NCBI GenBank assembly: GCA_030141605.1
Contig: JAQGDQ010000635.1
Span: 58,009 to 122,008, forward strand
Length of the DNA stretch: 64,000 nt
Direction: 5' to 3'
DNA from: Tubiluchus corallicola
Taxonomy: Eukaryota; Animalia; Priapulida
Shown here in pieces: positions 1 through 13,729 of this stretch. How positions within the stretch are numbered: the stretch's first letter is position 1; each line of letters begins with the position of its first letter. The notes under the pieces were generated by a model. The model was not told where the DNA came from and did no database searches. It was given only the letters and a program-made list of their open reading frames with translations. A program made the translations under genes and the position numbers.

Positions 1-444
1 GTCTCACTAAAATTATTTACCTTACTACAGTTTCCTTGTATTGCCATTTGTTTATGATTTTGTTTCCTTTTTGCTTTTGTTTCTGCCAGTTATTATAACA
101 ACACGCACAAACCAATCTGCTTTATTTGTTTATAATGCCTTTTTATAGTGTTATTTCAGTTCGATTTTCTCATTGTATGCTTATTTCGTCCCTAAATATT
201 CTTGTTATAACTTTATTTAAAAGGGTGGCTGATTTGCTAACCTCTAGGGTTTTTTCGTCACCTTTTCTCTAATACTAACAATTTATTTTGCTATGTAATT
301 GTTTTCTGCGTGTATTACAAGAGATAAATAAAATTATCTATCTATCATTGTAGTAAAATGCATCATTGTAATGAAATTGTAGTAAACTCCATCTTAAACT
401 ATCTTAAACTATAGCACAAAACAAAAACCATATATAATAACAAA

Positions 445-800
445 AGGGAACATACTATTTTTTCAAGAATGACTTGCGTGAAAGAATTATTACTACAGAA
501 CGCATGAGCACAGCATTAGGCCTAAAATTTGAAGTTGAATTTTAGACCTTAAATTTGCAGAAATCACACTGAATGTCGTGGGTACCAACAGTGATACTGT
601 ACTTCAATTTTCGCTGTCGCAAACACGTGCAACATGTTATTGAAAATAACGTTAGTTTGCGACGTCATCGCTATAATTGAGCTCGCCCGCCGTTAATTAA
701 GTTTTCAACCTAATATTTAATTATCGGCAACACTTTGGCATTGTTATAGAAGTTTAAGATGTATACTTTTCACCGTAGTTCAAAATGCTTCTGTAATGGC
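445..800 (-). mobile_element. Kolobok-like non-autonomous DNA element family A, partial copy
   Basis: Reverse-orientation match to the ~500-bp dispersed element at 12755-13289 and 26194-26662 (GGAACATACTATTTTTTCAAGAATGACTT...). Confidence 0.5.
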
Positions 801-1589
801 CACAGAAGCTTAAAGCTGATAGCTGCATAATAACTGCTATATTTAGTTTAAATTTAGTTATCATTAATTTTCCATTTTAAGCACTAATGTTGTTTTTATC
901 ATACAATTCACTTTAAATTTTCAAATTATTTCCATTACTTTTTTTCTTTCACTGTGTGGGACAATCTAACAAGCCCTGCTTTTTGATTGCCAGCGACACA
1001 TTTACATTCGTACATAGGTGAACAGTGTTTGAGGCTTTTCCTGTGCAGTATTTCTTATTTGTATTATGTTCATTGTAGGCCCTTTCACTAGATATTGTAC
1101 ATGAAACTATTGTAAATGTGTATGTGAAATAAATGACTTATATATATATATATATATGACTTAAAAAGTTGATTTGGTTCAGATTAGACAGTTCTTAAAA
1201 CTGATACATAAATCCTCACCGTGCAAGTACATATACAATCAGAAGTGCAGAAGAAATAAAGTAATATTAATATAACTAAACACAAATAGATACACATATA
1301 TACATACAAATACGTATATGCATACAAATACATATAAACAAAGACATATACATAGATAGTTAGCAGATATAATATATTGAATAATATAACAATTGAGAAA
1401 TAATAATAACGGTCTTAAAATTTTCTGTCAAGATGTACAAGAGCTGCCCTCTATTTGTAGGGCAAAAACACTTAACCATACCATTTTACCTGTTCCATTT
1501 TTACCTGTACATTTTTTCCTGTACAATTTTTATCGTGTCATGTTTACCTGTGCCATAGTTACTGTTTACTGAATTTAGTACTTTAATCA

Positions 1590-2290
1590 TTTATTATCTC
1601 TGCACCCCCGTTGTGTTTTTTCGGCTTTTTTGGGAAACGTTGTGTATATTTTTTTTTCGTTTTTTCCGCAGATGTTATTAAAAAGTGTGTAGATGTGATT
1701 TTCATTGAAGTAATAAGCTGTGTACGTCTCTTGGGCAACTGCCAGTCTTCTCTTTCCAAGGTTTCTAGTCCACTTGTCTAATAGTAAATCCTTTGCGCCT
1801 GGAATGTACGGGTGAAATGAGGAGTCCTTCAATTTCTCTTATGACCATTCTAGTCCATACGTGTGGCAGAGAAGCTAAGCCCCATGGTCCGACAAGTGGA
1901 TTTAGGTAAACTGCGTCATTAGATTTTGGACTTTTTTATTTGTTTACGACCTCTGTCCATTCTTCCAACATTTCCTCCGTCCATGAGTGCTACAGCACCG
2001 ATTTCCGGGTCATCCTTGTAGAAGAGAAGGACGACTTTTATCCACCTGTAGTAAAACCAAGACGGCGCTTGATCATCTTCGAATATAATAGCATAAAATC
2101 CGGGTTTTTCTGACTGTATCCAACACGTAAACCACTGAATATGAATCCCTTTATTGTGGTCATTAACTACCACTTCCTTTTTACCATAAGGCCACTTTAA
2201 TGACTTAGCAATAGAAACGACATTTCCTCTTTCATGTTAATGCGAATCTTTAACTGTACCACATTATCGAAAAAATTGACTTTGATGCCA
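1590..2290 (-). pseudogene. Decayed intronless GT-A-fold glycosyltransferase-like gene
   Basis: Frameshifted minus-strand segments translate to VQLKIRI / VVSIAKSLKWPYGKKEVVVNDHNKGIHIQWFTCW / AIIFEDDQAPSWFYYRWIK..YKDDPEIGAVAL / VYLNPLVGPWGLASLPHVW / FHPYIPG..YYFNENHIYTLFNN. From recall this fits the W-P-x-G-x-K...G-x-x-x-Q-W...EDD...G-x-W-G pattern of an uncharacterised GT-like family (PANTHER PTHR33604-type); not verified. Confidence 0.55.
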
Positions 2291-2301
2291 AATAGCTTTA
2301 A

Positions 2302-2318
2302 AGAGAGAGAGAGCCTCA

Positions 2319-2400
<82 letters not shown>
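2302..2400. repeat. Compound microsatellite (GA)n-(TATC)n-(TA)n
   Basis: Directly visible. Confidence 0.95.
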
Positions 2401-2401
<1 letters not shown>

Positions 2402-3669
2402 CACATATGTTATACATTAAACGCTGCTTGTCAAGCGGCCGAAACTCGACTCTCAAGTTCCTCCTGACGACTCCAAAAACCTGTATTTGTATTTGTTTGT
2501 TTTTTTGTCTTCCTTACTCCCTTCATAACATACTCCTTGAAAAATATTATAACTATATAACTATACGCATACAAAATTTCTCTCCATTAATACAAACTAT
2601 TTTATGATTATAATTACACTCCTACAAAAATATATCACCTGAGAGGTGATAATATCTCAAAAAACCAAAACTATAATATGTAAACCTACTCCCATGACAT
2701 TCTTTCTCCAAACTGTTTTTAACGCAATCCTGCTCTTACTGACCTACCTTAATTTTCCTTTTTCACACTTATTACATAATTCTTTTCTCTCTAGTACAAA
2801 CTACATAATACTAACAAATGCCAGGTGCCACATAGCTGGTCGGCCGCTGCTTAGCGATAGGCTTCAGTACCACCTAAAGACATGTGCTCGCACTCAGCAT
2901 AACCTTTTTGGTTATCGCATTTCAAGGACCAATTCTTACATTGGTTTTCATAGTCAAAATACAATTAAGCTATATACATTACATTATTCATAGTACATTA
3001 TCCATTACACAATTGCTTATCAAAACAAACATAATAGACGACAATACCGAACACATGCCAGCAGACAAAGATATACATTATATACATAGATTAAATTGAG
3101 CGAACTTGCTTTACATCTACAGAGAGAGAATTCCAGTTTTTAGGTGCAGTCATGCTTATAAATTTAATTCAATTCAATTCAATTTCAATTTATTCATCTC
3201 TTTATAGTGTTACAATAAAACATGATTAATAAAAGAATCTCTAATAAGTTTTGAGGAATGGTTAATATGTATAGATAGATCTAGAACTAGAGAAAGGATA
3301 GCGAAAAGACTACAAAGTCACCTAGTCTGTTATCCTTTACCGAATATAGATAAAAAGATTTTACACACTGCTGGGCATTAATGTTATCAGTTTAATTTAG
3401 GAAACATTAGTAATTTTTAAAATTATGACATTTCTATATAATCCAGAGAAAAGAATATACATGTAGTTTAATTAGCGGGCAGCAAAATAAGGTCAATCTT
3501 GATTAAACTAAAAATTGCATTTAGATTTTATGTGAAACACAGGTCAAAATTGTTATGAAATGATAAAAACACTTTGGGTTAGTAATGCTATTAATCAACA
3601 ACAGGAGTTAAATACATTTTCATTTGAGTTCAACTTCATTATTTCTAGGCTTATTGATTAAGAACAAAT

Positions 3670-4018
3670 TTACTGACTTGGACAAAATGCCTACTTCACC
3701 CACCGCTGAACGGGCTATCTATCCATACCCAGCACCACCCTCGGCCCGTTCCCGTTCTCTACATCTCAGCCGTATAACTTTTGCAAAAAACGGCCGAAAA
3801 AGGGCCATTTTTGGAGGTTTTTCGCCCCCCCCCCTTCCTTCCGGTGGGCCCGATTCGAAAAATAAAGTACCAATGGCACGACACTAGATCGAGACCTTTC
3901 TTTTGATATATAGATCGCCGCAAATGGTGCCGTCGTCGAAGCTGTAGCCTGTAGCCTCGAAAATTATATATATATAAATAAATATATATACCAAGAATAT
4001 TAATATAAGAGTATAGAT
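3670..4018 (-). mobile_element. Possible non-autonomous Helitron-like element
   Basis: GC-richer island whose minus strand begins A|TCTATACTCTTATATTAATATT, similar to animal Helitron 5' ends; no clear CTRR 3' end identified. Confidence 0.3.
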
Positions 4019-4654
4019 AATATAATTCTCAATATACTGGTAGGACAAACAGAAATAAAGTGTTTCTTCGAAATGATTCTATAGGGATTTGCAAAGAAAT
4101 TAGGGAACAGTTTGTTATGGGTTTTACACACAAGGCTGCAAGCATAAAACTTGAACTTGAACCAGATGCAAAAACTAAGAAACTTTTACTATCTTCACTT
4201 CATTTCACCAAAGGTCATTTGATCCGGGGTATTGTTGTTGTTGTTCAGCATTCGGTTCGGGTTATTGCCCAGTAAAATTTACGATCATAATAACGAAGTG
4301 GGCAGTTCTACTAATAACATTCTTAGCGAAGACTTTTACAAGACGGAATAAGGTAACGTGGAGACTGAGGGGTATTATTGGAATGTAACCCTGTTAGAAA
4401 TTGGTAATATTTGAGCAGAAGGCGCGCGCCATGTTTTGATACGCGATATTTTTTCTAAGGTTCGGGAGCATCAGAGAGACGTGATTTTGTGGCTTGTTGT
4501 GGGGAATAAAATTTATATGATTTCTGGTTCATTGCTCCGTTGGGGTTGAATTTTGGTTGCAGAACTATAGTGGTTTTGATGCTCTAGCAGCGTTACACAA
4601 CAGCAAACTGTTCCATACTTTCCATGCTAAACAATACACACAATCTTTAAACAT

Positions 4655-5048
4655 GCAAAAACCAAAAATTGTAATTGAAAATTGAAAATCAAAAATCGAA
4701 ACGTGCGGTTGAAAATTGAAAACCGAAAACCGAAAATAGAAAATTGAGATCGAAGATCGAAAATCAGAATTTGAAAAACGAAAATCCAAAATTGCAACTG
4801 AAAATTGAAAACGGAAAACTGAAAAATCGAAAATAGAAAATTGAAATTAAAAATCGAAAGTCGAAAGTCGAAAATCGAAAATCAAAATTGAAAATCGAAA
4901 ATCCAAAATTGCAATTGAAAATTGAAATCCGAAAATCCAAAACCGAAGATTGAAACTGAAAATTTAAAATCGAAAATCGAAACTGAAAATCGAAAATTAA
5001 AAATTGAAAATTGAAAATCGAAGTGGAAATTGAAAATTGAGAACGAAA
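4655..5048. repeat. Degenerate GAAAAT(C/T)(G/T) 6-7-bp tandem array
   Basis: Repeating aaaatcg/aaaattg units; explains ORFs 4565-4789 and 4764-5093. Confidence 0.85.
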
Positions 5049-5876
5049 AGTTGTGCTTTTACCATATCTTATTTTTTTCTTGAATTCTTGCACACCATCT
5101 TAAGTACCACTTCATTCAGAATACGTACAGAGAAACATTGTAACGTAGCTTTAAAATACGAACTGAGTGATGGTTTAAAGTATAGGCGAATAATACTGCT
5201 ATGTACCGTTTCGTCCTCATATTGGTCTAAGCAAACGCTGGAACTGACCCACAGTTACTATTTTTGAACTCTAGGCTACTATATATACTACTAAAAGGCA
5301 ACTGTGAAAAACTATGAACTACTATGAATTTTATTTCACACATCAAAAAATCAATATAAAACACATTAATAAACATTAAATAAAATAATTTGAGTAGTGC
5401 GAGATGAGTGTACGTAACACACTCACCTTACTTAAATGAAAAAAATGATTATAGTTATGCATACTTCTGTAGATAACTTAATGTAAATAAGGATGAAGTA
5501 AATGATGTAATAATAGCAATGGTATAAGAGCAATAAACCTGAAAGTTGAGAAAGGAAAACATAATATGTAATTACAACTTTGAGTGAGCCTTAAGGAGTG
5601 AAATTTTTTTAAATAGTTACGAATATGAATTATCTGATTATCTGTCAATGCACCACTTACTTGTATTACAATGCACCTTATTGCTTACTTGTATATACAA
5701 TGATATACACATATATGTACCCAAATTTAAGTGGGGGAGAAGAGATTAAATTACACATTATACTTGTAGTAATAACTATCACTGTATAAAACATTTAAAT
5801 ATAATTGATGGTAGTAATGTAGCCAAAAAAGTATGAAGAGAGATTGGGTTAGAATCATTTCCATTTGTACCATTAA

Positions 5877-6420
5877 AGGAAAACAGGATGATTTTTCACA
5901 TTTGAAAGTACAGTAAAAAGCATACATTTTAACCAATATAATAATGCCAAAGCGTTTCTGACACTTATGTAATAGGTTAAAAGCTTAATTAAAGGCGGGA
6001 GAACTCAACTGGCGATGACATCACAACTGAACATAATTTTCAACAGCACAAACATTTCATGAGCGGATTGCACGTGTTTGCGAAAGTGAAAATTGAAGTA
6101 CAAACCTGCTGTAATATATTCAGTGTGTTGTACCAAAACTAGACAAGCTTTAAGACAAAAATTTAAATTTCAAATTTATCGATGTGCTCATGCATGAGCT
6201 GTCGAACGTGTGTAGTTCGTCACAAACTAACACATGTGAACAGAGAGGTACAGCACTTATTTTTCATCTAACGCGTTTCCGAAATGCAGGCGATAGTGCC
6301 CGTCTAACTAGTGATTGGTGAAATGCATGTAACAACGAAGAATTAGCACGGCGAACGCGAAATTGTGTTTGTGCAGAAATAATTCTTTCACGTAAGTCAT
6401 TTTTTGAAAAAATAGTAACT
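5877..6420 (+). mobile_element. Kolobok-like non-autonomous element family A
   Basis: Starts TTAA|AGGAAAACAGGATGATTTTTC; body matches 12755-13289 and 26194-26662; right end degraded. Confidence 0.55.
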
Positions 6421-7445
6421 TTCATTGTTACATTGCAATTGTAACTTCTGTAACTTTTAAGTTACATTGCACTGATAAATTAATAATTTTGAAAATAAAA
6501 TTATGCAATTACAAGTTTGAATAAATTTTGGCTATCAGAATGTTAACTTTCAGTGCGACGTGCTAAAGTTGTTCATGATCACCATTTATAAGAGATTATA
6601 CATTTTCTCACGTCGAAATTGGATTAAATGTGAGTAAAGTTGATTAAATACATGAATTATTTCAGTAGCTCATTTTGGTCATACATTTATGGAACTTACT
6701 ACCCAGTGAAATAAAACACATAGAATCTCTCCACCACTTTAAAAAGAAATTAAAAGAATATCAGTATAACAGGTTTCAACTTCCACATTGTGCATCTGAT
6801 ACTAATTACACAGACCCACCTTTCATCTACCCCCGCCCCTGACCCCATAAAACGATTAAAAATGAATTTTTTTTAAAAATTATGTAATGTAATACGTGTT
6901 ATGTTGGTTTTGTAATGTCAATTTATAAATAGTGTAAATGTAATGAGTGAAATTTATGTAATGTAAAGCATGTTTCTGTTAATTGTGTCATGTCAAATGT
7001 ATATATAGTGTAAAATATGTCATGTAAAATTTAATGTACTTTTGTAATATTGTTTCGTAAAAATATTTTAATATGGTGTTTGTAAATATGTTCATTTATT
7101 GTATATAATTAGGCCTTAGTTTTGCAGTTTTTTTAGTATGCACTGGACGCATTTGTCTTGAACAGTGTTGTTATTTTAACATTACGCTGAGGCTTACTCA
7201 ATTTTATTATAATGAGTGAACCATTTTAAAGACAAATAAAGAATTAATATATATATATATATGGTCTTGCCACGACAACTATTTTTCAAAATCACACTAT
7301 TGTCTAATTGTCCATTACTACTTTTTCACTGTTTAAAAATCCGACTAGAATGCGTGATTAAGCATGCACGATACTACTTCTGTTAGTCAGCATATGGTCG
7401 AATACCAAATTTATTTTTATGGGTGTAATGTTTTTTGTATAATAA

Positions 7446-7886
7446 CAGGGGGGCGGATACAGGCTTTAGAGAAAGGGTGAGCCCAACGAAAGGCGAAGCC
7501 CCGGCTGCCAAATGCATTTTACTGAATTTTAGATCATTTTTATTGTTATTTGCTCTAGCGAATTAAATAGATTAAAACTCATTGTGTCACTTCAAACTTT
7601 TGACTCTTAATTCCACATCGATATACTAGTATACACCCTAGTATAGCATTACAATTGCGCTCAGTGATATCAATGCCAAAACTTCAATTATCACTTAAAG
7701 GGCACAAACGTTTTTACACTGAAATCATTAATGCAGAACTTTTTACTCGATATACGTCACTAAAAGCTACCACTAAACGTTCTAAAGCTTATAATCCCGA
7801 GAAAATATTCACTTCGAGAACTGTAACTGCTACTAATGAAGGGTGGGTTCAGGTTCCTTTGGGCCTACCTCCTAAATCCGCCACTG
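7446..7886. mobile_element. hAT-like MITE (degenerate)
   Basis: Imperfect TIR CAGGGGGGCGGAT...ATCCGCCACTG; flanks tataataa/aataatta match at 6 of 8 positions. Confidence 0.5.
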
Positions 7887-8546
7887 AATAATTACCTAAA
7901 AAAGCTTACTGCGCCAGTCAGTAAATTTGTATTTTAATTAGGGGCAGCTGATAAGTGACTAACAAGTCTTTCACTGCTTCTTCCCAATCACACTGAAACT
8001 GGCAAATAAACTGGCAAAGAGTTAACTATTATAGAGAAAATAAAGTTGAATCAAATTGAATTGAATTGTCAAAATATTATTTTTTATAAATGTTAGGGCG
8101 TCGGCGAATTTTAATATTTGCTGTAGCGCAATCTATGCTTAACGTGGATGATTGAGGCAGGGTCGGTATCTAGATGATTGTCAAATCATTCTACTACGAG
8201 AAGGTACTGAACCGGAAGAGCCGTCTCAGGAAAAGATTTCATTGAAAATATCTTCTGTAAATCCTCCGCGTGTACTTCCGGACCGGGTACACTACACTAC
8301 GTGGTTCCAAATTTAGTTCTAGAATTAAACTGCCCTGCATTTAGTGAAGTTTTCAGCGGATGTTGTTGTCTGATGGTTTGCAGGAAAGAGTGTGTTGCAT
8401 TAACTCTTTACTCCCGCATAGATACAGAACGTTTATGAGTAGCCTATGTAGTTATTTTATGTATTATCGAAATGCTGCAGAGGCATAAAAATTAATATTT
8501 ATTTGGCTTTTTGTGCAATTATAGCTGATTATTAGTTATATAATTT

Positions 8547-9678
8547 GGAAGGAGTTTATAATTCGCCAAACACTTTAAATTTCCCTAACTCTAGCTCCTA
8601 TTCCTGACCCCAACCCTAACCATAATCCTAATCCGAACGCCAACCTTAACCCTAGCTCCTAACCCTGACCCTAATCCTAACCCTAATCCTAACCCTAACC
8701 CTAACTCCTATCCCTGAACCTAATTCGAACCGTAACTCCAACCCTAACACTAACGCCTATCCCTGACCCAAATCCTAACCCTAACCCTAACACTAACTCC
8801 TATCCCTGACCCTAATCCTAACAGTTACCCCAACCCTAACCCTAACTCCTATCCCTGACCCTAATCCTAACCGTAACCTAAATCCTAACACTAACTCCTA
8901 TCCCTGACTCTAATCCTAACCGTAACCTAAACCCTAACACTAACTCCTATCCCTGACCCTAATCCTAACCGTTACCCCAACCCTAACACTAACTCCTATC
9001 CCTGACCCTAATCCTAACCCTAACCCCAACCCTAACTCTAACTCCTATCCCGGACCCTAATCCTAACCGTAACCTAAACCCTAACACTAACTCCTATCCC
9101 TGACCCTAATCCTAACAGTTACCCCAACCCTAATCCTAACAGTTACCTCAACCCTAACCCTAACCGTAACCTAAACCCTAACACTAACTCCTATCCCTGA
9201 CCCTAATCCTAACCGTAACCTAAACCCTAACACTAACTCCTATCCCTGACCCTAATCCTAACCATTACCCCAACCCTAACCCTAACTCCTATCCCTGACC
9301 CTAATCCTAACCCCAACCATAACCCTAACCCCTATCCCTGACCCTAATCCTAATCCCAACCATAACTCTAACCCTAACCCTAATCCTATCCCTAACCCTA
9401 ATCCTAACCCCTATCCCTGACCTTAATCCTAACCATAACCCCAACCCTAACCCTAATCCTAATCATAACCTTAACCCTAACTCCTATCCCTGACCCTAAT
9501 CCTAACTCCAACCATAACTCCAACCCCTATCCCTGACCCTAATCCTAATACCAACCATAAACTCAACCCTAATCCTAATCCTAATCCTAATCCTAACCCT
9601 AACCCTAACCCTAATCCTAATCCTAATCCTAATCCTCTTCACAAACTAATTTCTTGTGTGTGGGGAATTGTAAACTTT
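8547..9678. repeat. Telomere-like (CCCTAA variant) array with higher-order unit, bounded by inverted termini
   Basis: About 1.05 kb of CCCTAA/CCTAAT/CCCTGA/CACTAA hexamers; left flank GAGTTTATAATTCGCCAAACAC is an imperfect inverted repeat of right flank GTGTGTGGGGAATTGTAAACTT. Confidence 0.85.
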
Positions 9679-10246
9679 AGTCTGTCGTTTCTATGTTAAT
9701 GACCCAATTTTTCGCAATCGATGTATTTCGAAATAAACAACTCGACCTTATACATTAACTTACAAATTTGTACATAAAAAGTTCATTACTCGGTAACAGA
9801 CGGTGGCTAATTTGTCTTTGTAGTCAGTCTAGGGTCTCAAATGTTACATTAGACTTATTAAATATGCAACAGAACAAGGTAATAAATTTGTCATGCTACT
9901 AATTACCAGAAGTAGAAAGTTCAGAAAGAAGGTCAGTCTGGTCAGATGAGCTAGGATTTGGAAGCCATTGTGCACTGCATGTATCGTGTGCATATAAAAT
10001 ATTGACAAGAAATTATATTATTTTTATGAGGTTTGTCGTAAGCTACATGTGTCTGCAATGGCTGTTGTACTTTTTTCTTTTTCTTGTTCTTATTCTCATT
10101 GTTCTTCTAGGGTGTTTCTCAACATTTATTTGCAACTGGAAACTCTTGTGAAAGTGAAACTGGGAATTAAAAATAATTCGTATAGTTCGTGTGGAGAATT
10201 AAATAATTCTGACTCTAGGAATTAATCGTTCCATAACACTATACCT

Positions 10247-10823
10247 CAGGGGTGTGCAAATTGCAGCCCGCCGAGAGAATTTGTGCGGCCCTCGAAGAGA
10301 TTTGTCAACCCAATGAAAGTGCGGCCTGGGCGATTAATTGAGTGTATCCAGCTGAAGTCCGTGCCACGATCCCAAAGATAGTGCGGGTAGTTTTTTCTAC
10401 TAGATCGGATGCCATTAACCCTTACAAGACGGTTGTAGCTTAATTTAGATTTTAAATTTAGATTTAATATTTTATTTTAAACTTCACAAAGTTCATATAC
10501 ACATCACAAATTAATACAAATAATACAATAAATCATTAATGTCACTGTACTACACAGACTGTGTGATACACATTACTAATATACATTGTAATGAAATTAC
10601 CACTATCTGTCCCGAAAGTAGAAATATATGGTTTGTAATATAAATTTTAATAACTTCTAAAATAGTTTCTTGAGTGTAGTAGTAATGATGTACGCAGGTC
10701 GGATGCAAAAAATTGTTATTAGGCCTTTCTATTCTTGGCTCCTTGATCAAACTGCCTGCGGCCTGCAGGAATTACGGGAAAGTTTAATGTGGCCTGGCTA
10801 GTCAGATAATTTGCACACCCCTG
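10247..10823. mobile_element. Non-autonomous hAT element (MITE)
   Basis: TIR CAGGGGTGTGCAAATT...AATTTGCACACCCCTG with a perfect 8-bp TSD CTATACCT (10239-10246 and 10824-10831). Confidence 0.9.
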
Positions 10824-10853
10824 CTATACCTTAAACGATAAGCTAAGTTTCAG

Positions 10854-12923
10854 TAGAAAGATGCCTTTGAGGGGGAAGAAAAGGCAATTTTAAAATAGTG
10901 TATATCCCAAGAAACTTTCCATACAAGGTTATATTACTTAGCATTCCGTTTATTTGCTTGAAACACTCATTTTGCTAAAAAAGAAAATCTTAGTAATTTA
11001 AAATGTTAGCGCCAACTGGTAAAATGTCGCCCTGTGCACCACTCATTCACCAACAAACGCATTTTTAATCTTATTGACAAGACGCAGTAACTTAAACTTT
11101 TGCTTAATTAGAAAAGAGGGCGCTACGAATGCTCTGATCACCTTTTCAAACTTCGTTATCTAAACTTGTTTCAAACGACTTGTGGTTAAAATAGCTGCAT
11201 CTAATGGTCATCGTTGGTGTTTAAATTTTCATGTTTTATACTGCGTTACTGCTAACGCAAGCTCTGTGCGCATAAAGCGGTGTTTACCCAGCCTCCGTGC
11301 ACGTTTTTTAAAAAGCGGAACAGCCTGCGGAAAAAACCAATAGGAATAACTGTAGAAAACTATATACTGATGGTAATAACGCATACGCAGGCTGCATAAA
11401 CAGGTCAATTGAAAACAATATAATCCGATTTTATCTGCTGTGTACACCCCCCCCCCCCCACCCCCATCGCATCCGCATCCGGACCCTGCGCTAATACCAC
11501 TTGAAGCAGCATGTAAGTGATACAAAATATCAAGACGAATTTTTTTGGTTTCATGCAAGTAAAGGAATTTCTTGTGCTTTAAAATCGCAGGAGGTTATTA
11601 TTAAGAATGTCATTGTACGCATTCAAAAAGATTTAGCTTAATGCTACCAAATTATTCATAGAGAAGTTGATGTTGACTTTGACAAATTTTTTACCCGAGT
11701 ATCTTGCAATAGAACAAGGCAAAATCATTCTCTGAAGCTTTTCATGCATCGAACTGCTTCAGTATCATTTGGCCAATTTCTCTCAAATCGTGCTGTACCG
11801 ATCTGGAACTCATTGCCTGCATATGTTGATGGTGCACCCCTCGTAACTGCACAAAATATTAAGTTATTCAAAAGTTTGTATAAAGTTAACTTCCTTGTAC
11901 ACAATAGACACATGTAAGCGGTTAATCTCTTTGTGTCTTTACCACACTCTTGTAAATATTGCATTTGTATATTATGCAATGATTGTATGTATTTTGCCAA
12001 AGTGTTTTATATTAAATTGTTTTTATAGTAGCCTGTATTTTATTACTGGCTGTGAATAAAATGAAATAGAAATAAAATCAATAATTTGTTAACCCCTAAG
12101 ATAAGCCACGAAGGGGAGTCATGACCAACCTAGCATGTACCATGTTAGAGAATAACCTCCTTGTACGAGATAAAAAGTCAGAAATAGAATGGCTAACGAA
12201 ATTTCCCCGAACAAGCATTGAACCCAAGCAGTCGTGACCCATTCACTGACCAGCCTGGCCGTTCTTAACTTTCAGCCACGAAGCACACGCTCGAGTGACC
12301 ACCCAGCTATTCATATCGCCTCAAATGTGTTTATGAGTACAAGGCTTCATTTTCCAGGTTCTTTTAACCCCAGAACGTGAGCAAAAGCTAGAAACCGTAA
12401 AGTTTTTGTTCCCGCAATCGGAGCCGTCATGCCTCGTTGATTAAATGGCTTCAGTGCCTCCTCACTGGAGGTCAGCGGTTTGCACCCAAACAACATCACC
12501 ACTGACAGGTTGAGGAAAGATGAGAAACGATTTATTTACGACTGGCATAAGTCTTTGCAAGTTTTGCAATGTGTTTTAGATTTTCAACCTTAGGGCAGCT
12601 CAGGCTACATCGAATTTTGGCTTCCAGTGGGTCTATATATAAGTAGCTGGGATCAGTATGTATATTAATACAAGGTTGGTGACAGCTTGTTGTTGGCTTT
12701 CTTTTCGGGAATGGTCACAGAGTGGTTACGGCGTGTGCTTACCTGTGAAGTTAAAGGAAGACATGATGATTTCTCATATACTACCCCATTTTCAAGTCCG
12801 ATAAAAATTATAGATTTTAAGACGATTTAATACTGCAGAAGCGTTTCTGCTAATTAAAAAGTAGATTAAAGCCTTAATTAACGGCGGGGGAGCCTAACTA
12901 TTGATGACATCACAAACTAACAT
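10854..12923 (+). repeat. Left arm of large inverted duplication IR1
   Basis: Reverse complement of 15467-17524; mirrored ORFs 11229-11558/16903-17151 and 11725-12000/16381-16593. Confidence 0.95.
11590..12080 (+). mobile_element. CR1-clade LINE 3' fragment (mirror copy at about 16300-16790, minus strand)
   Basis: Translates to CYQIIHREVDVDFDKFF..RTRQNHSLKL..FLSNRAVPIWNSLP, typical of the CR1 ORF2 C-terminus, followed by an AATAAA-rich tail. Confidence 0.75.
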
Positions 12924-13289
12924 GATTTTCAACAGCAAAAATATTCTATGAGCGTAAAGTAAAGTGCTACAGTAAGGTACTCAGTGTGTTGTACTAAAAC
13001 TAGGCAAGTTTTAAGATAAAAATTTCATATTTCAAATTTACCGCTGTGCTCACGCATGAGCTGCTGAACGTATGCAGTTCGTCACAAACTAACACATCTG
13101 AACTGAGTGGTACAGCACCTGTTTTTCATTTAACGCGTTTTCGAAATGCAGGCGATTGTGCCCATCTAACTAGCGAATCGCGAAATGCATGTAACACCGA
13201 GAAATTAGCAACACGAACGTGAAATTGTGTTTTTGTGCAGAAATAATTCTTTCACGTAAGTCATTTTTGAAAAAAATAGTATGATTCCT
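12755..13289 (+). mobile_element. Kolobok-like non-autonomous element family A, full length
   Basis: TTAA|AGGAAGACATGATG...ATAGTATGATTCCT|TTCA; short AGGAA/TTCCT inverted ends with TTAA-like flanks; at least five related copies in the window. Confidence 0.6.
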
Positions 13290-13729
13290 TTCAAAATTTT
13301 AAATAGTAGATTGTTTTGACCTACAGTTTAAGATTAGGTCCGCTTTTACTTTCAGAATTGCTTCTGAAACCAGGGTTCGATACGCCCACTGGGAAGTTTC
13401 ATTCGCCACGATGGGTGTAGTTGCTTACCTTGTAGAGAAAGGAGAATAGTAAAGGCGCCTCTGCTGGTTCAGTGGCTTATCTTACAGAATATTATTGGTA
13501 GTGGGCAAAGCACCAGTTCCATCGCAAAGATTAGACCTAAGTTATTGGGTGCTGATTTTCGTGTGGCACCGAATGTGCTGAATCATCTCAAGAAACTGCT
13601 CATGCTGGTATCCCAGTTGATATCAGATAAACGCGCCAAAATAATACTAAACTTGCACTCTTCTGGGACCCGAACCCAATCAGATCATTCGTAGCGCACA
13701 CTTCAGCAACTTAGTGAAAGTTTAAATTA

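Noticed and set aside
2420-2475. Hammerhead-like words GAAAC...CTGACGA
   Set aside because: The required flanking helices cannot be formed.
4565-5093. Phe-rich ORFs
   Set aside because: Translation of the GAAAAT-type simple repeat.
8580-9635. True telomere or chromosome-fusion scar
   Set aside because: Highly degenerate, single orientation, internal position, and bounded by element-like termini shared with a second copy.
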